From NCBI GenBank assembly GCA_965206695.1, contig CBDBKM010000005.1, positions 32,001 through 96,000 on the forward strand: a stretch of DNA of 64,000 bases, read 5' to 3'. The translations under genes were made by a program, and so were the position numbers. Of this stretch, positions 54,672 through 64,000 are shown piece after piece. Source of the DNA: Chlamydiales bacterium. Lineage in GTDB: Bacteria > Chlamydiota > Chlamydiia > Chlamydiales > JAAZZY01. The number at the start of each line of letters is the position of its first letter. Within the stretch, counting starts at the first letter, position 1. The notes below the pieces were generated by a model. It was not told the DNA's origin and searched no databases. It saw nothing but the letters and a program-made list of their open reading frames with translations.

Positions 54672-54995
54672 ATGGCCCGGGTTACGCTATTACAAAAAAT
54701 TGGTCCTTTATTGATTGATATGATAGCACAACATGCCAATCAGGATTTTACCCATGTCGATACTCATCGAGATATCCTTGATACATTTGCCAATCTCTCA
54801 GACCTTAAAAAACAAGTTCAAGATGAGTTTTTAAAAGAGAAGGTGTTATCCAAAGAATTATCTATCCTCATAGAAAAGAAAAAAGAAAGCCTTTTAAAAA
54901 AAGATATTCTAATCAAACAATTAAAAGAGCCGGAAAATGCCGGGTTAAAAAAGAATGAAGAAGAAACCCTATTTTCTGAATTTACCAAATTATAG
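54672..54995 (+). pseudogene. Coiled-coil-like gene fragment between two IS elements
   Basis: 107 aa ORF whose stop lies in the IS630 end. Confidence 0.4.
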
Positions 54996-55930
54996 TCATT
55001 TAATTTTACATTGATAAGATTGCTTGATCAATGGCGAATTTAAAATTCGTAACTTTTCGTAATATCTCTCTAACTTTATTTTTCATATTAGCCCAATATT
55101 TTTCTATAGGATTTAAGTCCGGAGAATATGGAGGAAGAAACATAAGCTTACAACCGGCAGAGTCTACTGTTTTCCTGCTTTCCGCTGACTTGTAAAAACC
55201 GGCATTGTCAAGAATAAGAACACTACCGGGTGTAAGCTGAGGAGTCAAAACTTCCTTAAGCCAAATATTGAATAACCCGGTATTACAAGTACCTTCAAAA
55301 CACATTGGAGATAAAAACTGCCCTTTAGATAGGGCTGAAATAATATTTTGCCTTATAAAGCGGTTTCCTGAAACCGCTCCAAAAACTTTTTTGCCGCGTA
55401 AGCTTCTTCCGGACTCACGAAATAAAAATTGATAAATCCCGGTTTCATCGAGATAAATTCTCTTGTCAAAGGGAATATTTTTTAAATCTTTCATAAAAGC
55501 TTCCCGTTTCTTTTCATCTCTTTCCTTATAGCGAGTAGTTTTTTTTTTTCGTGTAATTTTTAATCTTTTAAGGGCATAAAAAATCGTTTGCGGAGTGACT
55601 GAAAAATAATCAGCAATTTCCGATAAAAAATAATCCGGATGTTTTTCTACATATTTAGATAACAACTCATCATCTAATTTCTTATAAGCATATTTTCTGC
55701 GGATTGGCTTTAAATGTCCTTTTTGCTTTTTTTGCAAGATCCATCGATATATTGTTGCGATACCTACTTGAAAAATATGGCCGGCTGTTTTTTTATCATG
55801 ATGTTTTTCTATATGTTGTCATACTTTCTCTCGAAGATCTACTGAATAGGCTCTAGGCATTGTTTTGTCCTTACTGTTTGTATAAAAAAAGAAGGATAAC
55901 ATATTATCAAATAAAAATTAAAATACTATA
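54991..55930 (-). mobile_element. IS630 copy D (early TGA, A11 tract)
   Basis: Near-identical to copies A-C; ORF 55006-55737. Confidence 0.95.
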
Positions 55931-56031
55931 AGTTAAATGAACATACCGTTAGAATCTATATACAGAATCAAAAAAACAAATAGACACTTTCATCCCGGTG
56001 CTAAAGCAAGGGGTTTTCTCGCTTTATTGTC
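55931..56031 (-). mobile_element. Remnant of a second IS200/IS605 element: tnpA 3' tail plus left end
   Basis: Plus strand encodes LNEHTVRIYIQNQKNK* (cf. tnpA LNEYTIRKYIQNQKNK*), then hairpin and TTTAT at 56032-56036. Confidence 0.88.
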
Positions 56032-56324
56032 ATAAAGAAGATTGCTCTGCATTTGAATGTATTGATTTTTGCATCTTCTTTATAATTAACCATTTTTTTA
56101 TTTTAATTGTATTATAGAAAAAATTTAATTAAAATCGGAATAAAAAACCTGTCACTAATAATCTATTAACATTAAAAAATTGAAATAATAACTATTATAT
56201 TGTTAAGAGATTCAACACATTAGTTTATCTGCTTAATATTATCATTCTTTTTAAATGTATTGGGTAAGGTATAGGTTGCAATTTTCCAATAATACCCTTA
56301 ATAATAAAATTGGAGGCAGGTAAA

Positions 56325-58736
56325 ATGGAAAATAACGATCCCCCGGGACATCCGGGTATTACACCTAGATGGACATCTAGTCGTAAAAGTGGGATTGGTA
56401 AGACTATATCTTATAAAAACTCGATATGGTTTACCATTTCGCATGGTATTTTAAATGAAGTCTATTATCCGACAGTCGATAATCCTAATATCAGAGATTT
56501 GGGTTTTTTGGTAACAAATGGAACTGATTTCTTTTCAGAAGAGAAAAGGGATACCGATCATGAAACCACTTATATTAAAACGGGTATACCTGCCTATAAT
56601 TGTATCAATACCTGTAAGCAAGGGCGCTATCGAATACATAAAACCATTTTCCTAAATCCTCATAATAATTCTTTAGTACAGGAAGTATTTTTCGAAACTC
56701 TTAAAGGAACGCTAAAAGATTATAAGCTTTATGCCCTACTGGCTCCTCATGTTCAAGGTCAAGGGAGTGGTAATGATGCTTGGATTACCGATTTCAAGGG
56801 ACTGCCTATATTCTATGCTTCTAAATTTCATTCTTTTTTAGCTATGGCTTGTGAACCTTACTTTATTGCGGGAAGTTGCGGGTATGTTGGCACCAGTGAT
56901 GGTTATTTAGATATCCAAGCTAATAAAAAACTCACTAACTTTTATTCCGAAGCACGAGATGGCAATGTTGCGATAACAAGTGAAGTAGACCTTCCGGCAA
57001 ATGAAGGTAGATTCACTATCGCTCTTTCCTTTGGATCTACTTATTCTGATGCAGGAAGACAAGCTAAAGGAACCTTAATTTGTAAAAACTATGATCTTCT
57101 TAAGCTCTATATGACCGAATGGGATAGAACTCTTGAAAAATATAGAACCTTAGGTATTACAGATCCGGAAGTCGAACGACTGTATCGCACTTCTTTAATG
57201 GTTTTAAATGTTCACCGCGGCAAAAATGCTGATGGATGTGTCATTGCCGGCTTATCTATTCCTTGGGGATCAAACAAAGGAGATAATGATCTGGGCGGCT
57301 ACCATTTAATATGGCCAAGAGATTTAGTCGAAATAGCCGGTGGCTTTGTAGCTGTTGGTGATTTAGAAAATGCTCGCAAAATTTTATATTATTTATCCGG
57401 CATACAAGAAGCAGATGGTCATTTTGCACAATGTCTTTGGCATGATGGATACCCATACTGGACCAATATCCAAATGGACGAAACAGCCCTGCCTATTCTT
57501 TTAGCAAATTGCCTTAAACATGCCGGTGCTCTGGATTGGATTGATGCTTGGCCATTAGTATCAAAAGCTGCTGCTTATCTTGCCTGCAATGGTCCGGTAA
57601 CACCACAAGACCGATGGGAAGAAGATGGAGGATATACTCCGTTTACGCTTGCAGCGGAGATTGCTGCCCTTTTAGCCGCTGCTGATTTTTTTGAAGATAA
57701 AGAGTTACACGATACGGCTACTTATTTAAAAGAGTTAGCCGATAATTGGAATAGTAATATTGAAAAATGGACTTATAGAACCAATACGGAATTAACTAAA
57801 CAAGCCGGAGTGGAAGGCTACTATGTCCGTATCACTCCGGACAAGAATCATTCGGTTGAATCCGCAGAAGATGAGATTATTGAAGTAAAAAATCGCCCTC
57901 CTGATCATCGATTTAACCCGGCTTCTGATATTATTAGCACAGATGCTCTTGCCTTGGTTCGTTTTGGGTTAAGAAGAGCCGATGATCCTCACATGATCAA
58001 TACCGTTAAAGTTATCGATACAGTACTAAAAACAGAAACCAAAAAAGGGGTTTCATGGCGTCGCTATAATGAAGATGGCTATGGTGAACATGAAGATGGA
58101 AGCCCTTTCGATGGAACAGGAATAGGTCGCAGTTGGCCTCTATTAGTTGGCGAACGGGCTCATTATGAACTAGCCAAAGGAAACCCGGAGGAAACCAAAC
58201 GTCTATTAGCAGTGATGACAAAACAGGCAGGTATGAACTCTTTAATTTCGGAACAAATTTGGGATACTGACGATATTGAAGAAAAATCATTAATAAATGG
58301 AGAACCTACTTTAGGGGCACAACCTCTTGTTTGGGCTCATGCCGAATATATCAAACTATTACGCTCCATTCAGCAAGGAAGTATTTTCGATACGCCAACT
58401 CAAACCACTCAACGTTATCTAATCGAAAAGACAGGGTCGGATATCGCAATTTGGCGTTTTAATCATAAATGTCATTGTATAGCAGAAGGCAAGAAGTTAC
58501 GCGTCGAGACGACTAATCCGGCCAAAGTTAAATGGTCTATTGATGGTGGTAAAACGGAAAATGAACTCGATACAAAAGACACCCTTTTAGGGATTTACTA
58601 CGTTGATTTGCCAACAGAAAACCTTAACAAGTCTCAAACATGTCAATTCACTTTTTATTGGATTGAAAGTAATAAATGGGACAAAGAAATATTTACTGTA
58701 ACTATTCACTCCAAGGAGGATACAACATGCAATTAG
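56325..58736 (+). CDS. GH15 glucoamylase/glucodextranase
   Basis: PGITPRWTSS, GGYHLIWPRD, QMDE, QDRWEE, GRSWPLLVGER, PLVWAHAEY. Confidence 0.93.
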   Translation: MENNDPPGHPGITPRWTSSRKSGIGKTISYKNSIWFTISHGILNEVYYPTVDNPNIRDLGFLVTNGTDFFSEEKRDTDHETTYIKTGIPAYNCINTCKQGRYRIHKTIFLNPHNNSLVQEVFFETLKGTLKDYKLYALLAPHVQGQGSGNDAWITDFKGLPIFYASKFHSFLAMACEPYFIAGSCGYVGTSDGYLDIQANKKLTNFYSEARDGNVAITSEVDLPANEGRFTIALSFGSTYSDAGRQAKGTLICKNYDLLKLYMTEWDRTLEKYRTLGITDPEVERLYRTSLMVLNVHRGKNADGCVIAGLSIPWGSNKGDNDLGGYHLIWPRDLVEIAGGFVAVGDLENARKILYYLSGIQEADGHFAQCLWHDGYPYWTNIQMDETALPILLANCLKHAGALDWIDAWPLVSKAAAYLACNGPVTPQDRWEEDGGYTPFTLAAEIAALLAAADFFEDKELHDTATYLKELADNWNSNIEKWTYRTNTELTKQAGVEGYYVRITPDKNHSVESAEDEIIEVKNRPPDHRFNPASDIISTDALALVRFGLRRADDPHMINTVKVIDTVLKTETKKGVSWRRYNEDGYGEHEDGSPFDGTGIGRSWPLLVGERAHYELAKGNPEETKRLLAVMTKQAGMNSLISEQIWDTDDIEEKSLINGEPTLGAQPLVWAHAEYIKLLRSIQQGSIFDTPTQTTQRYLIEKTGSDIAIWRFNHKCHCIAEGKKLRVETTNPAKVKWSIDGGKTENELDTKDTLLGIYYVDLPTENLNKSQTCQFTFYWIESNKWDKEIFTVTIHSKEDTTCN

Positions 58737-59744
58737 GGATGATCGGCTTAGGCCGTATGGGCGCAAATATTGTAAGACGTCTAATAAAAAAACGGCCACA
58801 CTTGTGTTGTCTTTGATACCAATGAAAAAATGAGAGAAGACTTAGCTAAAGAAGGCGCTATACCGGCGACTTCTATAAAAGATTTTGTCGGTAAATTAGA
58901 AAAGCCCAGAGCCGCTTGGATGATGATACCCGCAGCTCTTACAGAAGAGTTAGTAAAAGAGATTTCTCAATATTTAGAAGAAGGTGATATTCTCATTGAT
59001 GGGGGTAATTCATATTTTAGAGATGATCGACGTCGATCAGAATCATTAAAACCAAAAGGCATTCACTACATAGACTGTGGAACAAGTGGTGGAGTTTGGG
59101 GATTAGAACGCGGCTATTGCTTAATGATCGGCGGTAATAAAGAAGCAGTTGAACATTTAGATTCTATATTCAAAACCATTGCTCCCGGAAAAGGAGATGT
59201 GGCACTGACACCCGGACGAAAACAGCTCGGCGATACAGCAGAAGATGGCTATTTGCGCTGTGGGGAGTCCGGAGCGGGTCATTTTGTAAAAATGGTTCAT
59301 AATGGTGTGGAATACGGGATCATGGAAGCTTTTGCTGAAGGATTTGATATTTTAAGTAATGGTGATTGTGATATTCAGAAAAAGGAAGAGGATGCAGAAA
59401 CAGCTCCTAGTCTTAATAAAGACTTAGATTACACCATTAATGTTGCAGATGTAGCTGAAGTATGGAGACGAGGTAGTGTAGTAGGAGCCTGGCTATTGGA
59501 TTTAGCTGCGGAAGCTTTAGCTGAAAATCCGGATTTATCAAATTATACAGGTCGAGTCTCGGATTCAGGAGAAGGTAGGTGGACAATCATGGCAGCGATA
59601 GAAGAGGCTGTCTCAGCCGAAGTACTAACAGCTGCGTTATATGCCAGATTCCGTTCACGAAAAGAACATACTTTTGCAGAAAAAATATGCTCTGCTATGC
59701 GATTCAAGTTTGGTGGGCATATTGAACGTGCGTCCGGTGGTTGA
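58727..59744 (+). pseudogene. gnd: 6-phosphogluconate dehydrogenase (short YqeC type), +1 frameshift at A7 58786-58792
   Basis: MQLGMIGLGRMG after [35 protein letters not shown]. Confidence 0.9.
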
Positions 59745-59773
59745 TTAATTTATACTTATCTAAGGTGATACTC

Positions 59774-61309
59774 ATGGCGAAAAAGGAAGAGAAAAAGAAA
59801 AAAATAATGGAAAACCCTGTGCATCGTCCTGAAGGACCATGTATAATTGTTATATTCGGAGCATCAGGCGATCTAACCAAACGTCTTTTAATGCCGGCTA
59901 TTTATAATTTATTTACTCATGAAGCACTTCCTGAACAGTATTTTATAATAGGCACCTCAATGGACAAAATGGATACCTCCTCGTTTAGAAAGAAAATCGG
60001 GGATAATTTAAATGAATACGGCACTCAAGAATTTGATAGTCATGCTTACTCAGAATTTTCTAAAAACCTTTTTTACTATACTTCCAAATTTGATGAAAAA
60101 AGTTGTTACGATAATCTGAAAAAAAAGATCGACGAAATAGACAAACAAAATAACTGCAAATCGAAACTTCTTTTCTATTTAGCCATATCCCCTGCCATTT
60201 TTGAATTGGTATCGGATAATTTAAGTGATAATGGTTTTAGTAAAATGGAAGACCGAAACCCAAAATTAATTCTGGAGAAACCCTTTGGAAGAAATTTAGA
60301 TAGTGCCCTAAAATTAAATGCTGCTCTTCATAATAATTGGGAAGAAAAACAAATTTGGCGCATTGATCATTATTTGGGAAAAGAGACCGTTCAAAATATT
60401 TTAGCTTTTCGATTTGGTAATGGGATCTTTGAGCCTCTCTGGAATCGCAATTACATCGATCATGTTCAAATTACTGTTGCTGAAACAGTAGGAGTTGAAA
60501 AAAGAGGTAGCTATTATGACCATGCCGGTGCTTTGAGAGATATGATACAAAATCACTTATTACAAGTGGTCAGTTATATTGCTATGGAACCTCCTAATGC
60601 TTTTAATGCCGAGACCATTCGCAATGCTAAAATAGAAGTACTAAATGCAATAAAGATAATGACACCTGAAGAGGTCTTCCAAAATACGGTCCGTGGACAA
60701 TATGGACCGGGAAAAATAGGGAAAGAAAACAAGGTTGCTTATCGAGATGCAGATGATGTCGACAAGCAATCAATAACTGAAACATTTGTAGCTGCTAAAC
60801 TTAATATCGATAATTGGCGTTGGTCGGGCGTGCCTTTCTTTTTACGCACAGGCAAACACCTTTCTAAACGGTACGCTGAAGTGGTTATCAATTTTAAAAA
60901 AGCGCCTAAACAACTATTTGCAACATCTAAGTCAAAAGAAATCTATACAAATGAATTACGTTTTTTACTGCAACCCAAACAAGCTATTGAATTAGTACTA
61001 AAAGCAAAAGTCCCCGGTGAAAAGATGACTCTACAACCTGTTAAAATGCATTTTGACTATAAAGAAGCCTTTCACACTGAAAGAGGGACGGGGTACGAAG
61101 TCTTGCTCTATGATTGCCTTGTCGATGACCCAACACTTTTTTCTCGAAGCGATTTAGTCGAACAAGCCTGGAAAATTGCACAGCCTATGCTTGATATCTG
61201 GTCATCATTACCTCCGGGCGATTTTCCGAATTATGCATCCGGTTCGTGGGGCCCGGATGCAGCTAATGACTTGATTCAAAGAGAGGGAAGGGAGTGGAGA
61301 CATCTATGA
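59774..61309 (+). CDS. zwf: Glucose-6-phosphate dehydrogenase
   Basis: FGASGDL, EKPFG, RIDHYLGKE, RDMIQNH. Confidence 0.97.
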   Translation: MAKKEEKKKKIMENPVHRPEGPCIIVIFGASGDLTKRLLMPAIYNLFTHEALPEQYFIIGTSMDKMDTSSFRKKIGDNLNEYGTQEFDSHAYSEFSKNLFYYTSKFDEKSCYDNLKKKIDEIDKQNNCKSKLLFYLAISPAIFELVSDNLSDNGFSKMEDRNPKLILEKPFGRNLDSALKLNAALHNNWEEKQIWRIDHYLGKETVQNILAFRFGNGIFEPLWNRNYIDHVQITVAETVGVEKRGSYYDHAGALRDMIQNHLLQVVSYIAMEPPNAFNAETIRNAKIEVLNAIKIMTPEEVFQNTVRGQYGPGKIGKENKVAYRDADDVDKQSITETFVAAKLNIDNWRWSGVPFFLRTGKHLSKRYAEVVINFKKAPKQLFATSKSKEIYTNELRFLLQPKQAIELVLKAKVPGEKMTLQPVKMHFDYKEAFHTERGTGYEVLLYDCLVDDPTLFSRSDLVEQAWKIAQPMLDIWSSLPPGDFPNYASGSWGPDAANDLIQREGREWRHL

Positions 61310-62292
61310 TATTGGCAGGAGATATCGGAGGGACTAAAACTAACTTAGCTATTTTTGATGTTAAAGATTCTAAATTGGTTTTAAAAGAAGAAAAAAAATA
61401 CCCCGGCTCTGATTATGAAAGCCTCGATAAAATCGTTAATCTTTTTCTAAGTGAACATCCTACTAAAATCTTAAGTGCCTCTTTTGGCATTGCAGGCCCG
61501 GTAAAAGAAGGAAAAGCTAAAACAACTAACCTGCCTTGGGTTATTGATGCCAAAACTCTTGCAAACGAAATAAAATGTGAGCATGTATCCTTACTCAATG
61601 ATCTGGAAGCAAATGCTTATGGCATTGCAGTGCTGGAAACCAAAGACTTTTTTAATTTAAACAAGGGAGACACCTCTATAAAAGGCAATGCCGCATTAAT
61701 TTCTGCAGGTACAGGCCTAGGAGAAGCCGGATTATATTGGGATGGTAAAAACCATCTTCCATTTGCCTGTGAAGGCGGTCATGTAGATTTCGCAGCACGA
61801 AACGAACTGGAAATGCGTTTATTTCAATTCCTTAATAAAGAAGAAGAGCATGTTTCATATGAAAAGGTACTCTCCGGCATTGGAATACATAACATCTATC
61901 GATTTCTACTTCATGATCATCAAAGCCGTCCCGGTAATCAGTTGCAGAAAGATCTGAAAGAAAAAGACCCTGCTTATGTTATCTCAGAATATGCTCTAAA
62001 CAATAAAGATTTAATCTGTGTCGAAGCACTTGAGCTTTTCATGATGCTATATGGATCTGAAGCGGGTAATGTTGCGTTAAAATTTCTGGCAGTCGGCGGG
62101 CTTTATATTGGAGGCGGTATCGCACCCAAAATTTTAGAGAAATTAAAAACCTCACAGTTCATGACGTGTTTTTGTAAAAAAGGCCGTATGGATACCCTCT
62201 TAAAGCCTATTCCGGTAAATGTCATTTTAAATGACAACGCAGCCCTTTTAGGAGCTGCTCGATTTGCAGCTCTACAGGTTGATTTAATATAG
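61306..62292 (+). CDS. glk: Glucokinase
   Basis: LAGDIGGT, LLNDLEA, GTGLGE, EGGH. Confidence 0.95.
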   Translation: MILAGDIGGTKTNLAIFDVKDSKLVLKEEKKYPGSDYESLDKIVNLFLSEHPTKILSASFGIAGPVKEGKAKTTNLPWVIDAKTLANEIKCEHVSLLNDLEANAYGIAVLETKDFFNLNKGDTSIKGNAALISAGTGLGEAGLYWDGKNHLPFACEGGHVDFAARNELEMRLFQFLNKEEEHVSYEKVLSGIGIHNIYRFLLHDHQSRPGNQLQKDLKEKDPAYVISEYALNNKDLICVEALELFMMLYGSEAGNVALKFLAVGGLYIGGGIAPKILEKLKTSQFMTCFCKKGRMDTLLKPIPVNVILNDNAALLGAARFAALQVDLI

Positions 62293-62317
62293 GCAGTCCC
62301 ACAAAACAATCTCTTTC

Positions 62318-62704
62318 TTATCTTAAAAATCTCTGCCGGTTTGTTACAATCGCTTTCATCGCTACCTGTGTTGTCTCAACAATTGCTTTATCCATATCAT
62401 GTGTGATTTCTATCATACCCCACCCTGAGATAACTCCCACAGCTAATCCGGATAGAAAAAAAATACTGTTTTCTGCATAAATACCTATACTAACAATGCT
62501 TACAGCTGTAAAGACACCAAATAATGAAACCGAAAGAGTAAATTTGGCTATACCTTCTATAACATCTTGAGCAGATTGAATCCTCCTATCAGTGAATTCA
62601 ATAATTGGATTAGTTGTTAATGCTTTCGATTCAATAGATTTTCCATCCAATATATCCCTCTTAAAAACATACGGTGACTCTGAAACGATGGTCATATTAC
62701 TCAT
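62318..62704 (-). CDS. Small protein with a bilobed hydrophobic domain (Inc-like candidate)
   Basis: GGAGG RBS; two adjacent hydrophobic helices separated by YAENS. Confidence 0.6.
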   Translation of the reverse strand: MSNMTIVSESPYVFKRDILDGKSIESKALTTNPIIEFTDRRIQSAQDVIEGIAKFTLSVSLFGVFTAVSIVSIGIYAENSIFFLSGLAVGVISGWGMIEITHDMDKAIVETTQVAMKAIVTNRQRFLR

Positions 62705-62747
62705 AAATTAACCTCCTAAATACGGGATAGCTTACTAAATATCGACT

Positions 62748-62902
62748 TTGACAACTCATAACCCTCGGGGGAAGGGATTGCTCATTCCACGATCACTGCC
62801 CTACGGTAGATCTAAAAGATAGGGATAGTATACAAAATATGAGGATTAACAAAAATACGAAATAAAACTGTAATCGAAACGCTCTCATCCCAATACTAAA
62901 GC
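62748..62902 (-). mobile_element. IS200/IS605 mini-element, short form; left end truncated and fused to an inverted tnpA tail (62899-62933)
   Basis: Colinear with 17387-17540; right end TGTCAA. Confidence 0.88.
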
Positions 62903-62927
62903 GTCTATTTGTTTTTTTGATTTTGGA

Positions 62928-62989
62928 TATACTCATTCACATTCGAAGCCGGACAGGATTGAGTTCCGGCACTTGAAATGTATCATTCA
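62928..62989 (+). repeat. Dispersed ~60 bp stem-loop repeat, copy 2
   Basis: Matches 1578-1638; gccgga-caggattgagt-tccggc. Confidence 0.8.
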
Positions 62990-63000
62990 TTCGTGTCTTA

Positions 63001-63155
63001 AGCTTGTCTCTTAAAATCGGGATTTTGTCTTTAAAAAACCCCTTACCTCTCATTTAAAATCAGTAAATGTCATAAGTAACCGTTTCCCTTATCACCTTCC
63101 AAAGACTTTCTATGGTATTTAAATTTGGAGAATTATGGGGTTAAAGAGACAAGCT
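63001..63155. mobile_element. 155 bp MITE-like element
   Basis: Terminal inverted repeats AGCTTGTCTCTT / AAGAGACAAGCT, no ORF; parent not in window. Confidence 0.65.
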
Positions 63156-63156
63156 C

Positions 63157-64000
63157 TATACCCCTTATGAATCAAAGTGCCGATTCTAAGACTTGAAAAT
63201 GATCATTGATTCGTTTCCTCATTGATTGAGCAATAGAGGGCCAAGTATTTTCAAAAAATCCGGTAATCGATCTCCGAAATTCTTTAGCAGAATTAAAAAA
63301 CCGATTATTGCGACAATATTCATTCATCACTTTCCATAATCGTTCAATGGGATTGAGGTTAGGACTGTAAGAAGGTAAATAATAGAGAATAATACCTTGT
63401 TTTTCTGCTTCTTGTTTGGTCTGAATACTTGTATTATAAGGGCCTTGATCTAAAATAAGATGGATATTTGGAGCTGAGGGGTATTTTGACCGTAGCAAAG
63501 CAAAATGCTTTGCCATGGTACCGCTATTTAATGTTTCATAAGCATCTATTGTTACCTTCATACTGTTTAAATTGATAGACCCCATAAGATTCATTCGAGT
63601 ACGAGAAGCTGTTGTTGCAATCAATTTATCTGTTCCCGGTCGAATCCAACCATAAGAAATTTTAGTTGCCATAGTTGGATGTACACCATCAGCAAATTCA
63701 ACAGGCTCATTTTTAGGCAAAGATGCCATAAGCTTGGCGTAAAATTGCATCCAAGCTTTTTGTTGATCAGAATTTGCCTTAGCCGGTGTACCTTTAGGCT
63801 TTTTATAGGAAAAACCATGTGAGTGTAGCCAAGAAGTCATCCCTGAAATCGTATAAACAATGCCATATTTCGCGAGAACATAAGAACAGATATCTTCTAC
63901 TTTGACATAGGTATGAGTTGTTAAATGTTTAATGAATTCTTCTGACTGTGGCGCAAGAAGTTTACTGACTGAACCACCGCTTTCTATATGCAATTGCTGT
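63157..64000 (-). mobile_element. Long-type IS630 element running off the window; transposase ORF 63172-63993
   Basis: DGVHP, LDQGPY, LPSYSPNLNPIERLW; end TATACCCC. Confidence 0.92.

Noticed and set aside
477..63818. Many short ORFs overlapping longer genes (e.g. 477-782, 19104-19514, 36662-37015, 37736-38095)
   Set aside because: Antisense or off-frame shadows of well-supported genes, with no motifs

Overview
AT-rich bacterial chromosome segment. Its core gene content and order (gatCAB, xerD, holA, ispA, nadK-dxs-xseBA, tpiA-secG-def, mreD-like-folD-apbE, HTH-rnhC) point to an environmental member of the Chlamydiae; this is inferred from synteny and protein resemblance, with no database search. 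The backbone is heavily invaded by IS elements (IS630 of several types, IS30, ISL2-type IS5, IS701 remnant, IS200/IS605) and carries many pseudogenes. Accessory content: an array of five GT4 and four TagF-like transferases, a nonulosonic-acid (SpsF/GNAT-NeuB) cluster, a decayed GT11, a GH15-gnd-zwf-glk operon and three effector-like orphans. Two observations stand out. (1) A dispersed family of protein-free IS200/IS605 mini-elements built from the left end, a TATACT box and a TnpB omega-RNA-like right end, mostly next to the motif TTTAT; one sits precisely in codon 4 of a transferase gene and supplies a replacement start. (2) An apparent directional CTGG/CCAG to CCGG mutation bias, suggesting VSP-like repair coupled to CCGG methylation. 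No rRNA, tRNA or CRISPR array was recognised.
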